From: Antedon mediterranea
Lineage: Eukaryota; Animalia; Echinodermata
DNA length: 64,000 bases
NCBI RefSeq assembly: GCF_964355755.1
Contig: NC_092672.1
Span: 38,880,437 to 38,944,436 of the forward strand
Direction of reading: 5' to 3'
Made by a program: the position numbers and the translations under genes. Below the pieces are notes generated by a model. It was not told where the DNA came from. It saw only the letters and a program-made list of their open reading frames with translations, and ran no database searches. This document shows, piece after piece, positions 40,201-52,946 of this stretch (position 1 is its first letter; each line of letters opens with the position of its first letter).

Positions 40201-43200
40201 TAAGGGAATCTTTACTGTGAAATGAATAGTAGAACCTTACCTTTGAGACACCCCTATTAAGGGAATCTTTACTGTGAAATGAATAGTAGAACCTTACCTT
40301 TGAGACACCTCTATTAAGGGAATCTTTACTGTGAAATGAATAGTAGAACCTTACCTTTGAGACACCTCTATTAAGGGAATCTTTACTGTGAAATGAATAG
40401 TAGAACCTTACCTTTGAGACACCCCTATTAAAGGAATCTTTACTGTGAAATGAATAGTAGAACCTTACCTTTGAGACACCTCTATTAAGGGAATCTTTAC
40501 TGTGAAATGAATAGTAGAACCTTACCTTTGAGACACCCCTATTAAGGGAATCTTTACTGTGAAATGAATAGTAGAACCTTACCTTTGAGGCACCTCTATT
40601 AAGGGAATCTTTACTGTGAAATGAATAGTAGAACCTTACCTTTGAGGCACCCCTATTAAAGGAATCTTTACTGTGAAATGAATAGTAGAACCTTACCTTT
40701 GAGGCACCTCTATTAAGGGAATCTTTACTGTGAAATGAATAGTAGAACCTTACCTTTGAGACACCTCTATTAAGGGAATCTTTACTGTGAAATGAATAGT
40801 AGAACCTTACCTTTGAGACACCTCTATTAAGGGAATCTTTACTGTGAAATGAATAGTAGAACCTTACCTTTGAGACACCTCTATTAAGGGAATCTTTACT
40901 GTGAAATGAATAGTAGAACCTTACCTTTGAGACACCTCTATTAAGGGAATCTTTACTGTGAAATGAATAGTAGAACCTTACCTTTGAGACACCCCTATTA
41001 AGGGAATCTTTACTGTGAAATGAATAGTAGAACCTTACCTTTGAGACACCTCTATTAAGGGAATCTTTACTGTGAAATGAATAGTAGAACCTTACCTTTC
41101 AGACACCTCTATTAAGGGAATCTTTACTGTGAAATGAATAGTAGAACCTTACCTTTGAGTCACCCCTATTAAGGGAATCTTTACTGTGAAATGAATAGTA
41201 GAACCTTACCTTTGAGACACCTCTATTAAGGGAATCTTTACTGTGAAATGAATAGTAGAACCTTACCTTTGAGACACCTCTATTAAGGGAATCTTTACTG
41301 TGAAATGAATAGTAGAACCTTACCTTTGAGACACCTATTAAGGGAATCTTTACTGTGAAATGAATAGTAGAACCTTACCTTTGAGACACCCCTATTAAGG
41401 GAATCTTTACTGTGAAATGAATAGTAGAACCTTACCTTTGAGACACCTCTATTAAGGGAATCTTTACTGTGAAATGAATAGTAGAACCTTACCTTTGAGA
41501 CACCTCTATTAAGGGAATCTTTACTGTGAAATGAATAGTAGAACCTTACCTTTGAGACACCCCTATTAAGGGAATCTTTACTGTGAAATGAATAGTAGAA
41601 CCTTACCTTTCAGACACCTCTATTAAGGGAATCTTTACTGTGAAATGAATAGTAGAACCTTACCTTTGAGACACCCCTATTAAGGGAATCTTTACTGTGA
41701 AATGAATAGTAGAACCTTACCTTTGAGGCACCTCTATTAAGGGAATCTTTACTGTGAAATGAATAGTAGAACCTTACCTTTGAGGCACCCCTATTAAAGG
41801 AATCTTTACTGTGAAATGAATAGTAGAACCTTACCTTTGAGGCACCTCTATTAAGGGAATCTTTACTGTGAAATGAATAGTAGAACCTTACCTTTGAGGC
41901 ACCCCTATTAAAGGAATCTTTACTGTGAAATGAATAGTAGAACCTTGCCTTTGAGACACCTCTATTAAGGGAATCTTTACTGTGAAATGAATAGTAGAAC
42001 CTTACCTTTGAGACACCTCTATTAAGGAAATCTTTACTGTGAAATGAATAGTAGAACCTTACCTTTCAGACACCCCTATTAAGGGAATCTTTACTGTGAA
42101 ATGAATAGTAGAACCTTACCTTTGAGGCACCCCTATTAAGGGAATCTTTACTGTGAAATGAATAGTAGAACCTTACCTTTGAGACACCTCTATTAAGGGA
42201 ATCTTTACTGTGAAATGAATAGTAGAACCTTACCTTTGAGACACCCCTATTAAGGGAATCTTTACTGTGAAATGAATAGTAGAACCTTACCTTTGAGACA
42301 CCCCTATTAAGGGAATCTTTACTGTGAAATGAATAGTAGAACCTTACCTTTGAGACACCTCTATTAAGGGAATCTTTACTGTGAAATGAATAGTAGAACC
42401 TTACCTTTGAGACACCCCTATTAAGGGAATCTTTACTGTGAAATGAATAGTAGAACCTTACCTTTGAGACACCTCTATTAAGGGAATCTTTACTGTGAAA
42501 TGAATAGTAGAACCTTACCTTTGAGACACCTCTATTAAGAGAATCTTTACTGTGAAATGAATAGTAGAACCTTACCTTTGAGACACTTCTATTAAGGGAA
42601 TCTTTACTGTGAAATGAATAGTAGAACCTTACCTTTGAGGCACCTCTATTAAGAGAATCTTTACTGTGAAATGAATAGTAGAACCTTACCTTTGAGGCAC
42701 CTCTATTAAGAGAATCTTTACTGTGAAATGAATAGTAGAACCTTACCTTTGAGGCACCTCTATTAAGGGAATCTCTACTGTGAAATGAATAGTAGAACCT
42801 TACCTTTGAGACACCTCTATTAAGGGAATCTTTACTGTGAAATGAATAGTAGAACCTTACCTTTCAGACACCTCTATTAAGGGAATCTTTACTGTGAAAT
42901 GAATAGTAGAACCTTACCTTTGAGAAACCTCTTTTAAGGGAATCTTTACTGTGAAATGAATAGTAGAACCTTACCTTTCAGACACCTCTATTAAGGGAAT
43001 CTTTACTGTGAAATGAATAGTAGAACCTTACCTTTGAGACACCTCTATTAAGGGAATCTTTACTGTGAAATGAATAGTAGAACCTTACCTTTGAGACACC
43101 TCTATTAAGGGAATCTTTACTGTGAAATGAATAGTAGAACCTTACCTTTGAGACACCTCTATTAAGGGAATCTTTACTATGAAATGAATAGTAGAACCTT

Positions 43201-44701
43201 ACCTTTGAGTCACCCCTATTAAGGGAATCTTTACTGTGAAATGAATAGTAGAACCTTACCTTTGAGACACCTCTATTAAGGGAATCTTTACTGTGAAATG
43301 AATAGTAGAACCTTACCTTTGAGACACCTCTATTAAGGGAATCTTTACTGTGAAATGAATAGTAGAACCTTACCTTTGAGACACCTCTATTAAGGGAATC
43401 TTGACTGTGAAATGAATAGTAGAACCTTACCTTTGAGACACCCCTATTAAGGGAATCTTTACTGTGAAATGAATAGTAGAACCTTACCTTTGAGGCACCT
43501 CTATTAAGGAAATCTTTACTGTGAAATGAATAGTAGAACCTTACCTTTGAGACACCCCTATTAAGGGAATCTTTTCTGTGAAATGAGGGGCAATTACAAA
43601 AGCCATTAGATGATATATGACATACTCAATTGTAATGAAAATATTTCTACTGTTTAACAATCTTTATTGAACAAATTTTAGGAAGCTTTTAACAATCTAA
43701 CAGTTGACATGACCTTAGCAAAGAGGGAAGGTTTTTATTTTGGTGCTAAACTTGTGCGTGGTGCGTACATGGATCAAGAACGTAAACGGGCATCTGAGAT
43801 AGGCTATGAGGATCCTATCAATCCCAACTATGACAGTACAGATGCGATGTATCACCAATGTCTAGGCTACATACTAAAGAAGATCCAATCTACTGGTGGT
43901 ATTAATGTGATGGTGGCATCCCATAATGAGGACACTGTAAGAAGGGCAGTAGAACTGTGAGTTTATTAGAACAGCATGATAATATCATTACTGGCTCAGT
44001 GATAAATCTCTTTTTTATTGTACTTTAAAAAAGGAATGAAATATTATATTAATAAATGTACTATTTTCCATCTATATCATTACTTTAATATTTATAAATC
44101 TAATTTGTTCACAGAATGAATGAGTTGGGCATTGGTCCCAAAGAGAATCTTGTTTATTTTGGACAATTGCTTGGAATGTGTGATCAAGTGTCCTTCCCGT
44201 TAGGTAAATAGATTTTAGAAAAGATAATTATTGTTGTGATAATGTGATTGTGATGATAAAAAAGAATTGTATACACTGTAATGTTATGATGGTGCTCAGC
44301 TGATAGATAACAATAATTGTTATGATGATTTCTGTAATGTTATGATGGTGCTCAGCTGATAGATAACGATAATTGTTATGATGATATCTGTAATGTTATG
44401 ATGGTGCTCAGCTGATAGATAACAATAATTGTTATGATGATTTCTGTACTGTACTGTACTGTACTGTTATGATGGGATAGTAGTATCATAATGTTGTTGG
44501 TGATGGTGATGTTTCATTTTGTTAATTCTAGGTCAAGCAGGATATTCAGTTTATAAATATGTACCATATGGACCAGTTGAGGAAGTCCTTCCATATCTTT
44601 CCCGAAGAGCATTAGAAAATAGAGGCATGTTGAAGGGTGTAGAGAAAGAGCGTAGTATGTTATGGACAGAAGTAAAACGACGTACTGCTCACAGAAGCTA
44701 A
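31257..44701 (+). CDS. PRODH: Mitochondrial proline dehydrogenase, 12 exons, 602 aa: 31257-31571, 31985-32193, 33078-33112, 33605-33748, 35570-35634, 36116-36300, 38120-38201, 38526-38618, 38937-39083, 43682-43956, 44115-44203, 44532-44701
   Basis: All GT-AG and phase-consistent; motifs [82 protein letters not shown]. Confidence 0.96.
33697..34853 (+). repeat. 76/79-bp tandem repeat (~15 copies) spanning PRODH exon 4 donor
   Basis: Last 52 nt of exon 4 plus GTATGTGACCTATCATAACATTTTAAT repeated. Confidence 0.96.
34920..35545. mobile_element. Non-autonomous Kolobok-like element
   Basis: TTAA on both sides (34916-34919, 35546-35549); termini AGACCCCTTCCCT / AGGGAATGGGGCT form an imperfect TIR with AG..CT ends. 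Confidence 0.6.
35679..36035. mobile_element. P-superfamily-like MITE, 357 bp
   Basis: TIR CAAAGAACTTATAACAC(A/G)AGAATCTCCTGTTC; 7-bp TSD ATTACAC (35672-35678, 36036-36042); CANRG terminus. Confidence 0.75.
36239..38057 (+). repeat. ~92-bp tandem repeat (~20 copies) spanning PRODH exon 6 donor
   Basis: Last ~62 nt of exon 6 plus GTAAGACACTTGTTTGTTGTTACTAACAATA repeated. Confidence 0.96.
39090..43586. repeat. 57-bp minisatellite (~79 copies) filling PRODH intron 9
   Basis: Unit TAGTAGAACCTTACCTTTGAGACACCTCTATTAAGGGAATCTTTACTGTGAAATGAA; starts 6 nt after the donor. Confidence 0.98.
44275..44448. repeat. 58-bp tandem repeat, 3 copies
   Basis: CTGTAATGTTATGATGGTGCTCAGCTGATAGATAAC.. x3. Confidence 0.88.
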
Positions 44702-44914
44702 AATCATTTACAAATATTTAACAAATTATTTATGTACTTTGGTTTGTAAATGTATACTAAAAAGTGCTGGAAAAATGAGTAAAGAAAGAGAGTAGTTAAA
44801 AAACTAATAAAACATTATTTGGTGTGGTTCTCCAAGGTTAACAATGGGAAGCTTTAAGGTTTGTATTTTTATAATATAAAATATGTCAATGCAATTTGCA
44901 AACAATTGTGAACT

Positions 44915-45973
44915 TGTAGCTACTATTTTGCACTGTGTGTAGTTACTATTATGCACTGTGTGTAGTTACTATTATGCACTTTTTGTAGCTACTATTATGC
45001 ACTGTGTATAGCTACTATTATGCACTGTGTATAGCTACTATTATGCACTGTGTGTAGCTACTATTATGCACTGTGTATAGCTACTATTATGCACTGTGTA
45101 TAGCTACTATTATGCACTGTGTAGCTACTGTTATGCACTGTATAGCTACTATTATGCACTGTGTGTAGCTACTATTATGCACTGTGTGTAGCTACTATTA
45201 TGCACTGTGTAGCTACTATTTTGTCGTGTGTAGCTACTATTATGCACTGTGTGTAGCTACTATTATGCACTGTGTGTAGTTACTATTTTGCACTGTGTGT
45301 AGCTACTATTTTGCACTGTGTGTAGTTACTATTATGCACTGTGTGTAGTTACTATTATGCACTGTGTGTAGTTACTATTATGCACTGTGTGTAGTTACTA
45401 TTTTGCACTGTGTGTAGCTACTATTATGCACTGTGTGTAGTTACTATTATGCACTGTGTGTAGTTACTATTATGCACTGTGTGTAGTTACTATTATGCAC
45501 TGTGTGTAGTTACTATTATGCACTGTGTGTAGCTACTATTATGCACTGTGTGTAGCTACTATTATGCACTGTGTGTAGTTACTTTTATGCACTGTGTGTA
45601 GTTACTATTATGCACTGTGTGTAGTTACTATTATGCAGTGTGTGTAGCTACTATGTGCACTGTGTGTAGTTACTATGTGCACTGTGTGTAGTTACTATTA
45701 TGCACTGTGTGTAGTTACTATTATGCACTGTGTGTAGTTACTATTATGCAGTGTGTGTAGCTACTATGTGCACTGTGTAGCTACTATTTTGCACTGTGTG
45801 TAGTTACTATTATGCACTGTGTGTAGTTACTATTATGCACTGTGTGTAGCTACTATTATGCACTGTGTGTAGTTACTATTATGCACTGTGTGTAGTTACT
45901 ATTATGCACTGTGTGTAGTTACTATTATGCACTGTGTGTAGCTACTATTATGCACTGTGTGTAGCTACTATTA
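44915..45973. repeat. 23-bp minisatellite (~46 copies) downstream of PRODH stop
   Basis: Unit GTAG(C/T)TACTATTATGCACTGTGT. Confidence 0.96.
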
Positions 45974-46427
45974 GTGGTTACTATTTTTCAGTAGGTAGAA
46001 TGCAACTTGATGTTTATGCATTAGAGAAACTAAACTATACCTTTTAAAAATAATTAATGTTTTGAGTGGAATGTTAAAAAATATTTAAAAAAACTGAACA
46101 TTCCTCTTTGTACAATATAAACCCATTCAATATATTTGTTTTATATCTAAAGTAGATTCTTTTCATTTGATTGAAGGGTTTAAATGACGAATAATGCACT
46201 CATAATGTTGAATGGATTCTATGCAGTATTTATTGAATGTCAAAAATCTATTTAGGTGTTGATAATATAAACATATGTATATAATGTTAGTATAATTATA
46301 GCAATATATTTGAATTCCTTGGTAGAGGGGAGAAGGATTTATATTGTGTTTTGTAATTTGTAGGAATGAACAAATTCTGCTTTTCCTGGTGTATATTGAA
46401 ATGATACTGTACTAATATTATTAGTGC

Positions 46428-46743
46428 TGCTGGGTTCACTAGATATTACAAACAAGAAGCGGTAGATGTCAGACTGCTTACTAGTTTAACCCTAACCCTG
46501 CTGGGTTCACTAGATAACAAACAAGAAGTGATATAAATGTCAGACTGCTTACTAGTCTAACCCTAACCCTGATGGGTTCACAAGATAACAAACAAGAAGC
46601 GGTAGACTGCTTACTAGTCTAAACCTAACAAACAAAAATGGTAGATGTCAGACTGCTTTACTACTAAACTAGTCTAACCCTAACCCTGCGGTTCACTATA
46701 GATAACACACAAGAAGCGGTAGATGTCGGACTAATTACTAGTA
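46428..46743. repeat. Degenerate ~65-bp repeat containing CTAACCCTAACCCT
   Basis: GGGTTCACTAGATAACAAACAAGAAGCGGTAGATGTCAGACTGCTTACTAGT.. about 4-5 imperfect copies. Confidence 0.75.
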
Positions 46744-46988
46744 GTTTTTACTTGTTTATTTAAACTATGTAGGCTATTTGATGAGATTAAATTACTTAAT
46801 TATTAAGATTACAATAAATTACAATATGCAATGAAATGTATTTTATGTAACTGTAATAACTGATAATCAGCCCTCTTTAAATTAATTGATAATTTTAAAA
46901 AATCAATAGACAAAATAAAAAACAAACAATTTTAAATATAAAATATACTTTTTCTAACGTTAGATCTTCGAGGTTTATAAACCTATTC

Positions 46989-47583
46989 TACGGAAGCCCG
47001 TTCGGGCCACAAGTTAACTATATTTTAAAAGCTGTTATCTGGCGGCCGCCACTTAATTATCTGGCGGCCGCCACTTAATTATCTGGCGGCCGCCACTTAA
47101 TTATCTGGCGGCCGCCACTTAATTATCTGGCGGCCGCCACTTAATAATTAGTACATGTCCCGTCACGTGACATGTACGTGCATTGGATCAGAGGCTATGT
47201 TGCATGCAATAAAAGGCAGGCAATGCAATCATGATTATGCACATGCTACGACGGCAGGTTGCCTAAACATTGGAAAAGGTTGTTACGGCTCTGTTAGTTT
47301 AGCGCCCTCTATAATAAAAATTGTCTAATATGTCCGCTCACAAAGATAACGTGTTCTATGCGTAGGTCTATCTAGAAGAGACACAAAGTGGCGGCCGCCA
47401 GATAATTAAGTGGCGGCCGCCAGATAATTAAGTGGCGGCCGCCAGATAATTAAGTGGCGGCCGCCAGATAATTAAGTGGCGGCCGCCAGATAATTAAGTG
47501 GCGGCCGCCAGATAATTAAGTGGCGGCCGCCAGATAACAGCTTTTAAAATATAGTTAACTTGTGGCCCGAACGGGCTTCCGTA
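46989..47583. mobile_element. Non-autonomous IS3EU-like foldback element, 595 bp
   Basis: TACGG..CCGTA termini, 6-bp TSD CTATTC (46983-46988, 47584-47589), ~150-bp TIR with 22-bp subrepeats (5 left, 7 right). Confidence 0.8.
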
Positions 47584-49251
47584 CTATTCCTTTATATAAT
47601 AATGACATAAGATGGTAAAATGAAGAAAAACGTTTCAATTCCAGTTTTTTAAAGTTCGACAAATAATAAGATTAATTAAACACGCCTGTAAAGGGGATGT
47701 CCGCCCAGCTACTCAAAAATAGTCGACACTTGAGAGTTTAGGCCTACTTTGCTACTGAATAGATGCAAGCTTTGCCCCTATACCTGAAAAGGAATTTAAT
47801 ACAATATTGTAAAATTAATAAATTATTGTGTGACATTGATTGAGGCTTCCAATTACATAATATAATACTATAAGGGTGTAATTAAGGCATGTAGACATGG
47901 AACCTATTATTAGCTCAATATTACCCCATGTATCCTATGTTTCCAATCAAAAGACCCTCAATATCAGACCTACATTGAAATGTGACCTTCTATTGGTGTC
48001 GTTTTATGTCTAAAATGTAAATTGATGTCTGAGTTAATTTGATGTCTTTGCGGAATTACGTGACAATAAATACATTTACAATACATCGATCCTCCTTGGT
48101 TTGTGAAACTCATTATGCAGAAACACATGCACAGCGTATTCATTATTATTAGCTTGTCGTTTGTTTTTATTAGACTCGAAGGACCAACAAAATCCAATTT
48201 AAAGAAAAATCAATTCTTGACATAACCTTTTAACATTCACGACGCTCGCGATGATGCAGAGCTTGCAAAAAACCAACAAAATATAATCAAATCTAACGCT
48301 TTTTAATGCGTATTTATATTTAATTCATGGTTTAAATCATTCCTTTTTCTATGGTGTCTAATTATTATACTACCAAGTAGGCCTAATTAGTTAATATTTA
48401 CTGTCATGCGGGTTTCTCTCAATCATCAACAATCATGATAATTTCAATAATTTGATGGCATACCCGCAGAATTGTACAATTGATATGGAATTTATTATTA
48501 GGCCTATGTGTAAGACTACGAATTCCTTATTGCGTAATTCCAGCTCCGATCCAGCATTTTACCTCTCAATGATAAATTAAAACGCATTTGTGGGTGTTTC
48601 TTGTCAGAAATTTTGTACCGAAATTCCGAAATAAAAATGTGGCCGTCAATCAAGGTGCTCTAATTATCACCACATATTACTCAGATTCTATTTCTACTTT
48701 CTTCAATTCTAACTATTGTCGATCCGGAACAATGATTCTTTTGTGATGGTAATGCGGTATATAAATAATATATGGTAGTCACAATTCTTTTACGAACAGT
48801 AATACGGAACAACAACGTGAACAGCACCAACATGGCTTCTTCAAGCATAAATTCGTTTCCGTAAGTATGTTTTTGTACGTGCATGGACAACCCGATTGCA
48901 CATATCAGGTCCAAGGTTCCGACACCTTGAGTTTCAACAGGGGTATTCCACGGTTGCTTGTTGTCTTGTCTGTTAACGTTAATTACTATTCAATTCATAA
49001 TAATAATTTTACATTCCAATAATCCCTACCGATGAAATCGGAGCAGTGTTTTTTTAAAACTCCCTGACAATGTGGCATTTTGCAAAAAAAATGAAAAAGT
49101 ACCTTCATGGTTGATGCTCTAGAAAGCGTTGGTCCTAATAAATCTCGAAAAAAAGCCCATGGGCTTCTTTTTTTAGGACTCTTGGGTGGGCTTCTTTTTT
49201 AATGGGCTTTTGTATTCATTTCCATTTTTTTCTGGGAGAAATCATACCGCC

Positions 49252-49480
49252 ATTAAACCAGGGAGTTGTTACAACTCCTGGTTAAATCATGGAGGTCCAT
49301 GGTTAAATCATGGACCCAATTAGGTCCATGGATGGACATATATGTCCATGGTTAAATCATCGACATAAAACCGTGGTCCATGTTAAATCATGGACATATA
49401 ACATAGGGTAATCATAACATTTCATGTAAAATCATGGACATAGGTCCATGTTAAAGCATAGACATGGTCTATGGTTAAAT
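49252..49480. repeat. Array of GTTAAAT direct repeats separated by distinct CA..TG palindromes
   Basis: Spacers include CAGGGAGTTGTTACAACTCCTG, CATGGAGGTCCATG, CATGGACCCAATTAGGTCCATG, CATAGACATGGTCTATG. Confidence 0.75.
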
Positions 49481-49559
49481 CTCAGCTAATTTCCATGATT
49501 ATTAAAAAAAAAGTTTCATTTTAGTTTTCTTTACAAAATTGAACTATGTACAAAATTAT

Positions 49560-52495
49560 ATTTATTTATTTCATTAGTTTGTCAACCAACAGCGATGAAA
49601 CTGCCACTAACAGGTTGAATCAATATATAGGCCTATATGGCTCTGTCCTGCTGTCCACCCAGGCAGCACTTGCCAGCTTTATACTATGACGTTATCCAAA
49701 TTCCTTCACTTGCACTGATGAAGGGCTAGTGTTGCCCGAAAGCTCTGCTAACTTTTCTGGCTGTTTACTTTATCGTTTTGATTTAGCTTTTCGCTTTTTA
49801 TTTTTGTATCTCCATTGAGATCCAGCCACTGATACCCACAGCATTGTCATTTTTTCAGTAATTTGCCTTTGGATTTTAAATGATGGAATGGAATGAGACT
49901 AAAAAACAGCTTAAATGGTGGTTATATTGAAACTTAAATTTTGGTAGTCAATGGAATAATTTTACCGATCTGGGAGTATGTTCCTAATGTTAAGTCCAAA
50001 AGGTTTTGTGGTTTTAAGTAGTAATTCCCAGTGGTTTTCTTTGTCTTTGCGAGTTTTGTCGCTCCATTTGACATCGTGGTCTATTGCAATAACTCTGAAA
50101 TTTGCAATCGAGTGACCAGCTGAATTAAAATGTTCGGCTACAGGTTGATCAAGCTTTAATGTTTTGATAGCTGATCTATGTTGTGTCATTCTCATACGGA
50201 GAGTGTTTTTTGTTTCTCCGACGTACTGTTTGCCACAAATATTACAGTATATGAGATAAATGACGTTTTTGGTTAGACAATTAATTGATTGTTTGCGGCC
50301 AGTTTGGTTACTCTCAAATTTTTTAGTAGAATAAACCAATGAACAAGTTTTGCAAGATTTGCCGCAAAGGTGACTGCCCAAATTTTGGCTGTCATGAGAG
50401 TTAATTTCACTCTTAAATTTGGATCTGACTAATATATCACGAAGGTTGGGAGGTCTACGAAATGCAATAATGGGTGGTTCCGGAAAAACAGTCCTGAGAC
50501 GTTCTGTCGACTGTAGAATGGGCATATGTTTCTCAATAATAGCCCGTAATGGAGGCAACCTAGGGTGGTAGGTTGTGACCAATGGCACTCTGGTCGATTT
50601 TTTTGGCTGACGTGGTTTGTACGTCAATGTTTGACATCGAGGAATATCTTTTGCTTTCTTTATAGCAGTTTCGATGTATTCCTTCTTGTAATTTCTGTTC
50701 CGGAGATGTCCGGTTAGTTCTTCGGTACGATTCTGAAAATCTAAATCTGAAGAACAGATACGTCTGATACGTAATGCTTGACTGTACGGTATGTTTTTAG
50801 TACAGTGTCGGGGGTGACAACTGCTAGGGAGCAGGTACATATTTTTATCCGTGGGTTTACGGAATAGGTCAGTTTTGAGTGTACCATTTTCTATGGTCAC
50901 TATAGTGTCCAAAAAATCAACGCTACTAGTGGATTTGGTAGCTGTAAATTTGATAGTTGGGTGAGCTGAATTAATATTGAGAAGAAAAGATTCCAAATTA
51001 TCTTCACCATGGGTCCAGATCATGAAGATGTCGTCAATGTATCTAAACCAAACAAGTGGTTTATTTGGTTGGAGGGACAGAAAATTGGCCTCAAATTGTC
51101 CCATAAATAAATTTGCAAAAGATGGCGCCATTTTTGTGCCCATCGCTGTGCCATGAATTTGAAGGTAATGGTCATTTCCAAAAATAAAATTGTTGTTGGT
51201 TAAAATCAACATGACCAGTTCTCGTAAATGAGCTTTAGTAGGCGTTTTGCCTGGAATTTGTATGTAATTTAAAATACATGCGTCGGCTCCTTCTTCGTGA
51301 GGGATATTAGTATACAATGATGAAACATCTAATGTAGCCAGAACACAATTATTAGGTAAATTTTGAATTTGGTTAATTTTGCGGATAAAGTCCGTGGAGT
51401 CCTGAATGGTCTTAGTAAAGCATCCACATATTCAGAAATTTTCTCTGTAGCAGTGCCATTGCCCGAAATAATGGGTCTACTAGGATTGCCTGCTTTGTGG
51501 ATTTTAGGTAGGAAATAAAATCTGCCTGGAACTGGATTGACCTGTGCCAAATGAGGTCCAATCTTAGGATCGATGGAGTGTTTTTTTACCATCACAGAAA
51601 CAGATTTGGCCACCTTATCCGCAATTTCCGGGGTGGGATCCGTTGTAAGTTTACGATAATGAAGAGGATTGTTTAGCTGTCTTAAGGACTCCTCTTCATA
51701 AAATTTGATGTCCATGGCAACAGTGGCAGAACCTTTGTCAGCTGGTTTAATGATAATATCATTACGCTGACGCAATTTGGCAATGGCCTGCCTCTCTTGT
51801 TTTGAGAGATTGTCACGTTTATCTGGACTCGGGACGTAGTTTTGTACATCCTCCTCAATAGCCTAAATAAATGTTTCTAAAGCTGGACAACGATTTTTAG
51901 GTGGATTCCAGGAACTTTTTGGTTTAAATTTGTTAGCGTTGCCTTCGTTTTGCGTGGTGCTGCTGTCTGAATCAGCAAAATGTTCACGTAATCGTAATCT
52001 TCTGGAGAAAGACTCCATATCCAAAGATAGTTATTGTGCGCCGACCTGCCTTGGTTTTGGGCAGAATTTAAGGTCCTCGGGAAAGAAGTTTTTTCTCTCC
52101 TTCGGAAAGTCGGCAATTAATTTCGACAACTGAATCAGAGGTGTTGCTCCGATTCTTGTTATAAGAAAAAAAGCCATAAAATCATCCGAAGGTAGAGTCA
52201 TTTGTGTTGAAATGACCAAATCTGCAGGTAGACCAAATTTGTGATGTCCCCTTCGGGCCATTGCCGTTGATTGCTTACGGCAATCATTGGCGATAATCCT
52301 GAGTTTGTTTTGAAACTCGGATGCAGGAAGTTCTCTTTTCAACTTCTTAGTTCTAGAGTGAATTTCAACGTCAAACTCAGTGAGGATTTTGCGGCAATTG
52401 CCAATTTGGATCTCATTGAGTTGACAAGCATTTTTGTGAAGGACAGCGTTCCAACGAGAACGCATGTCATCATCTGCAAATCGAATACCAGATGT
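49560..52495 (-). mobile_element. Decayed Penelope-like retroelement (RT + GIY-YIG, Neptune-like)
   Basis: KPADKG, PKIHK, YTNIP, GTAMG, RYIDDIF, FLD, then CGKSCKTC and VIYLIYCNICGKQYVGET; ORF broken into 52031-52465, 51329-51775, 49962-51317; boundaries approximate. Confidence 0.92.
49711..49748 (+). ncRNA. Minimal hammerhead ribozyme motif
   Basis: GCA-CTGATGA-A-GGGC(TAGTGTT)GCCC-GAAA-GC-TC-TGC: intact core, stem II and short stem I; typical of Penelope terminal repeats. Confidence 0.75.
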
Positions 52496-52946
52496 GACAT
52501 ATATATATTAACATTGTGACATATATATATATATATATATTAACATTGTTTGATAAAAAAGGGAAAAAAAAGATTTAGGATCCCTTGAATTTCAAATATA
52601 AGTGGTCCAGAGAAATATTACATGTTCAATTCATATATATATCATAATAACTATTGTACTTGGAAAATAATTGACATTCACACATTTTAACGTAACGCCC
52701 TCTATAGTTTAAAGGCCATCAACAACTTATTATGGTACGGTGGAAAAGATTGAGAGAGAGAGCTCGAGCGATTGTAGTGTAGGAGAGAATATGACGGGAG
52801 ACGGGCCTAGTTATAGATCGAGCTTTCTGAATGATGATAAAATATAATTTATCGTTAAGTTAGCTGTCTATGTGTGCATTTGCCCTGGAAAATAATTCCT
52901 CGTTTGTTCATTCTGACTGGCCAATGTCAATGATATTTATTTAAAG

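Noticed and set aside
46428-46743. Interstitial telomere
   Set aside because: Only two CCCTAA units per copy, embedded in another repeat.
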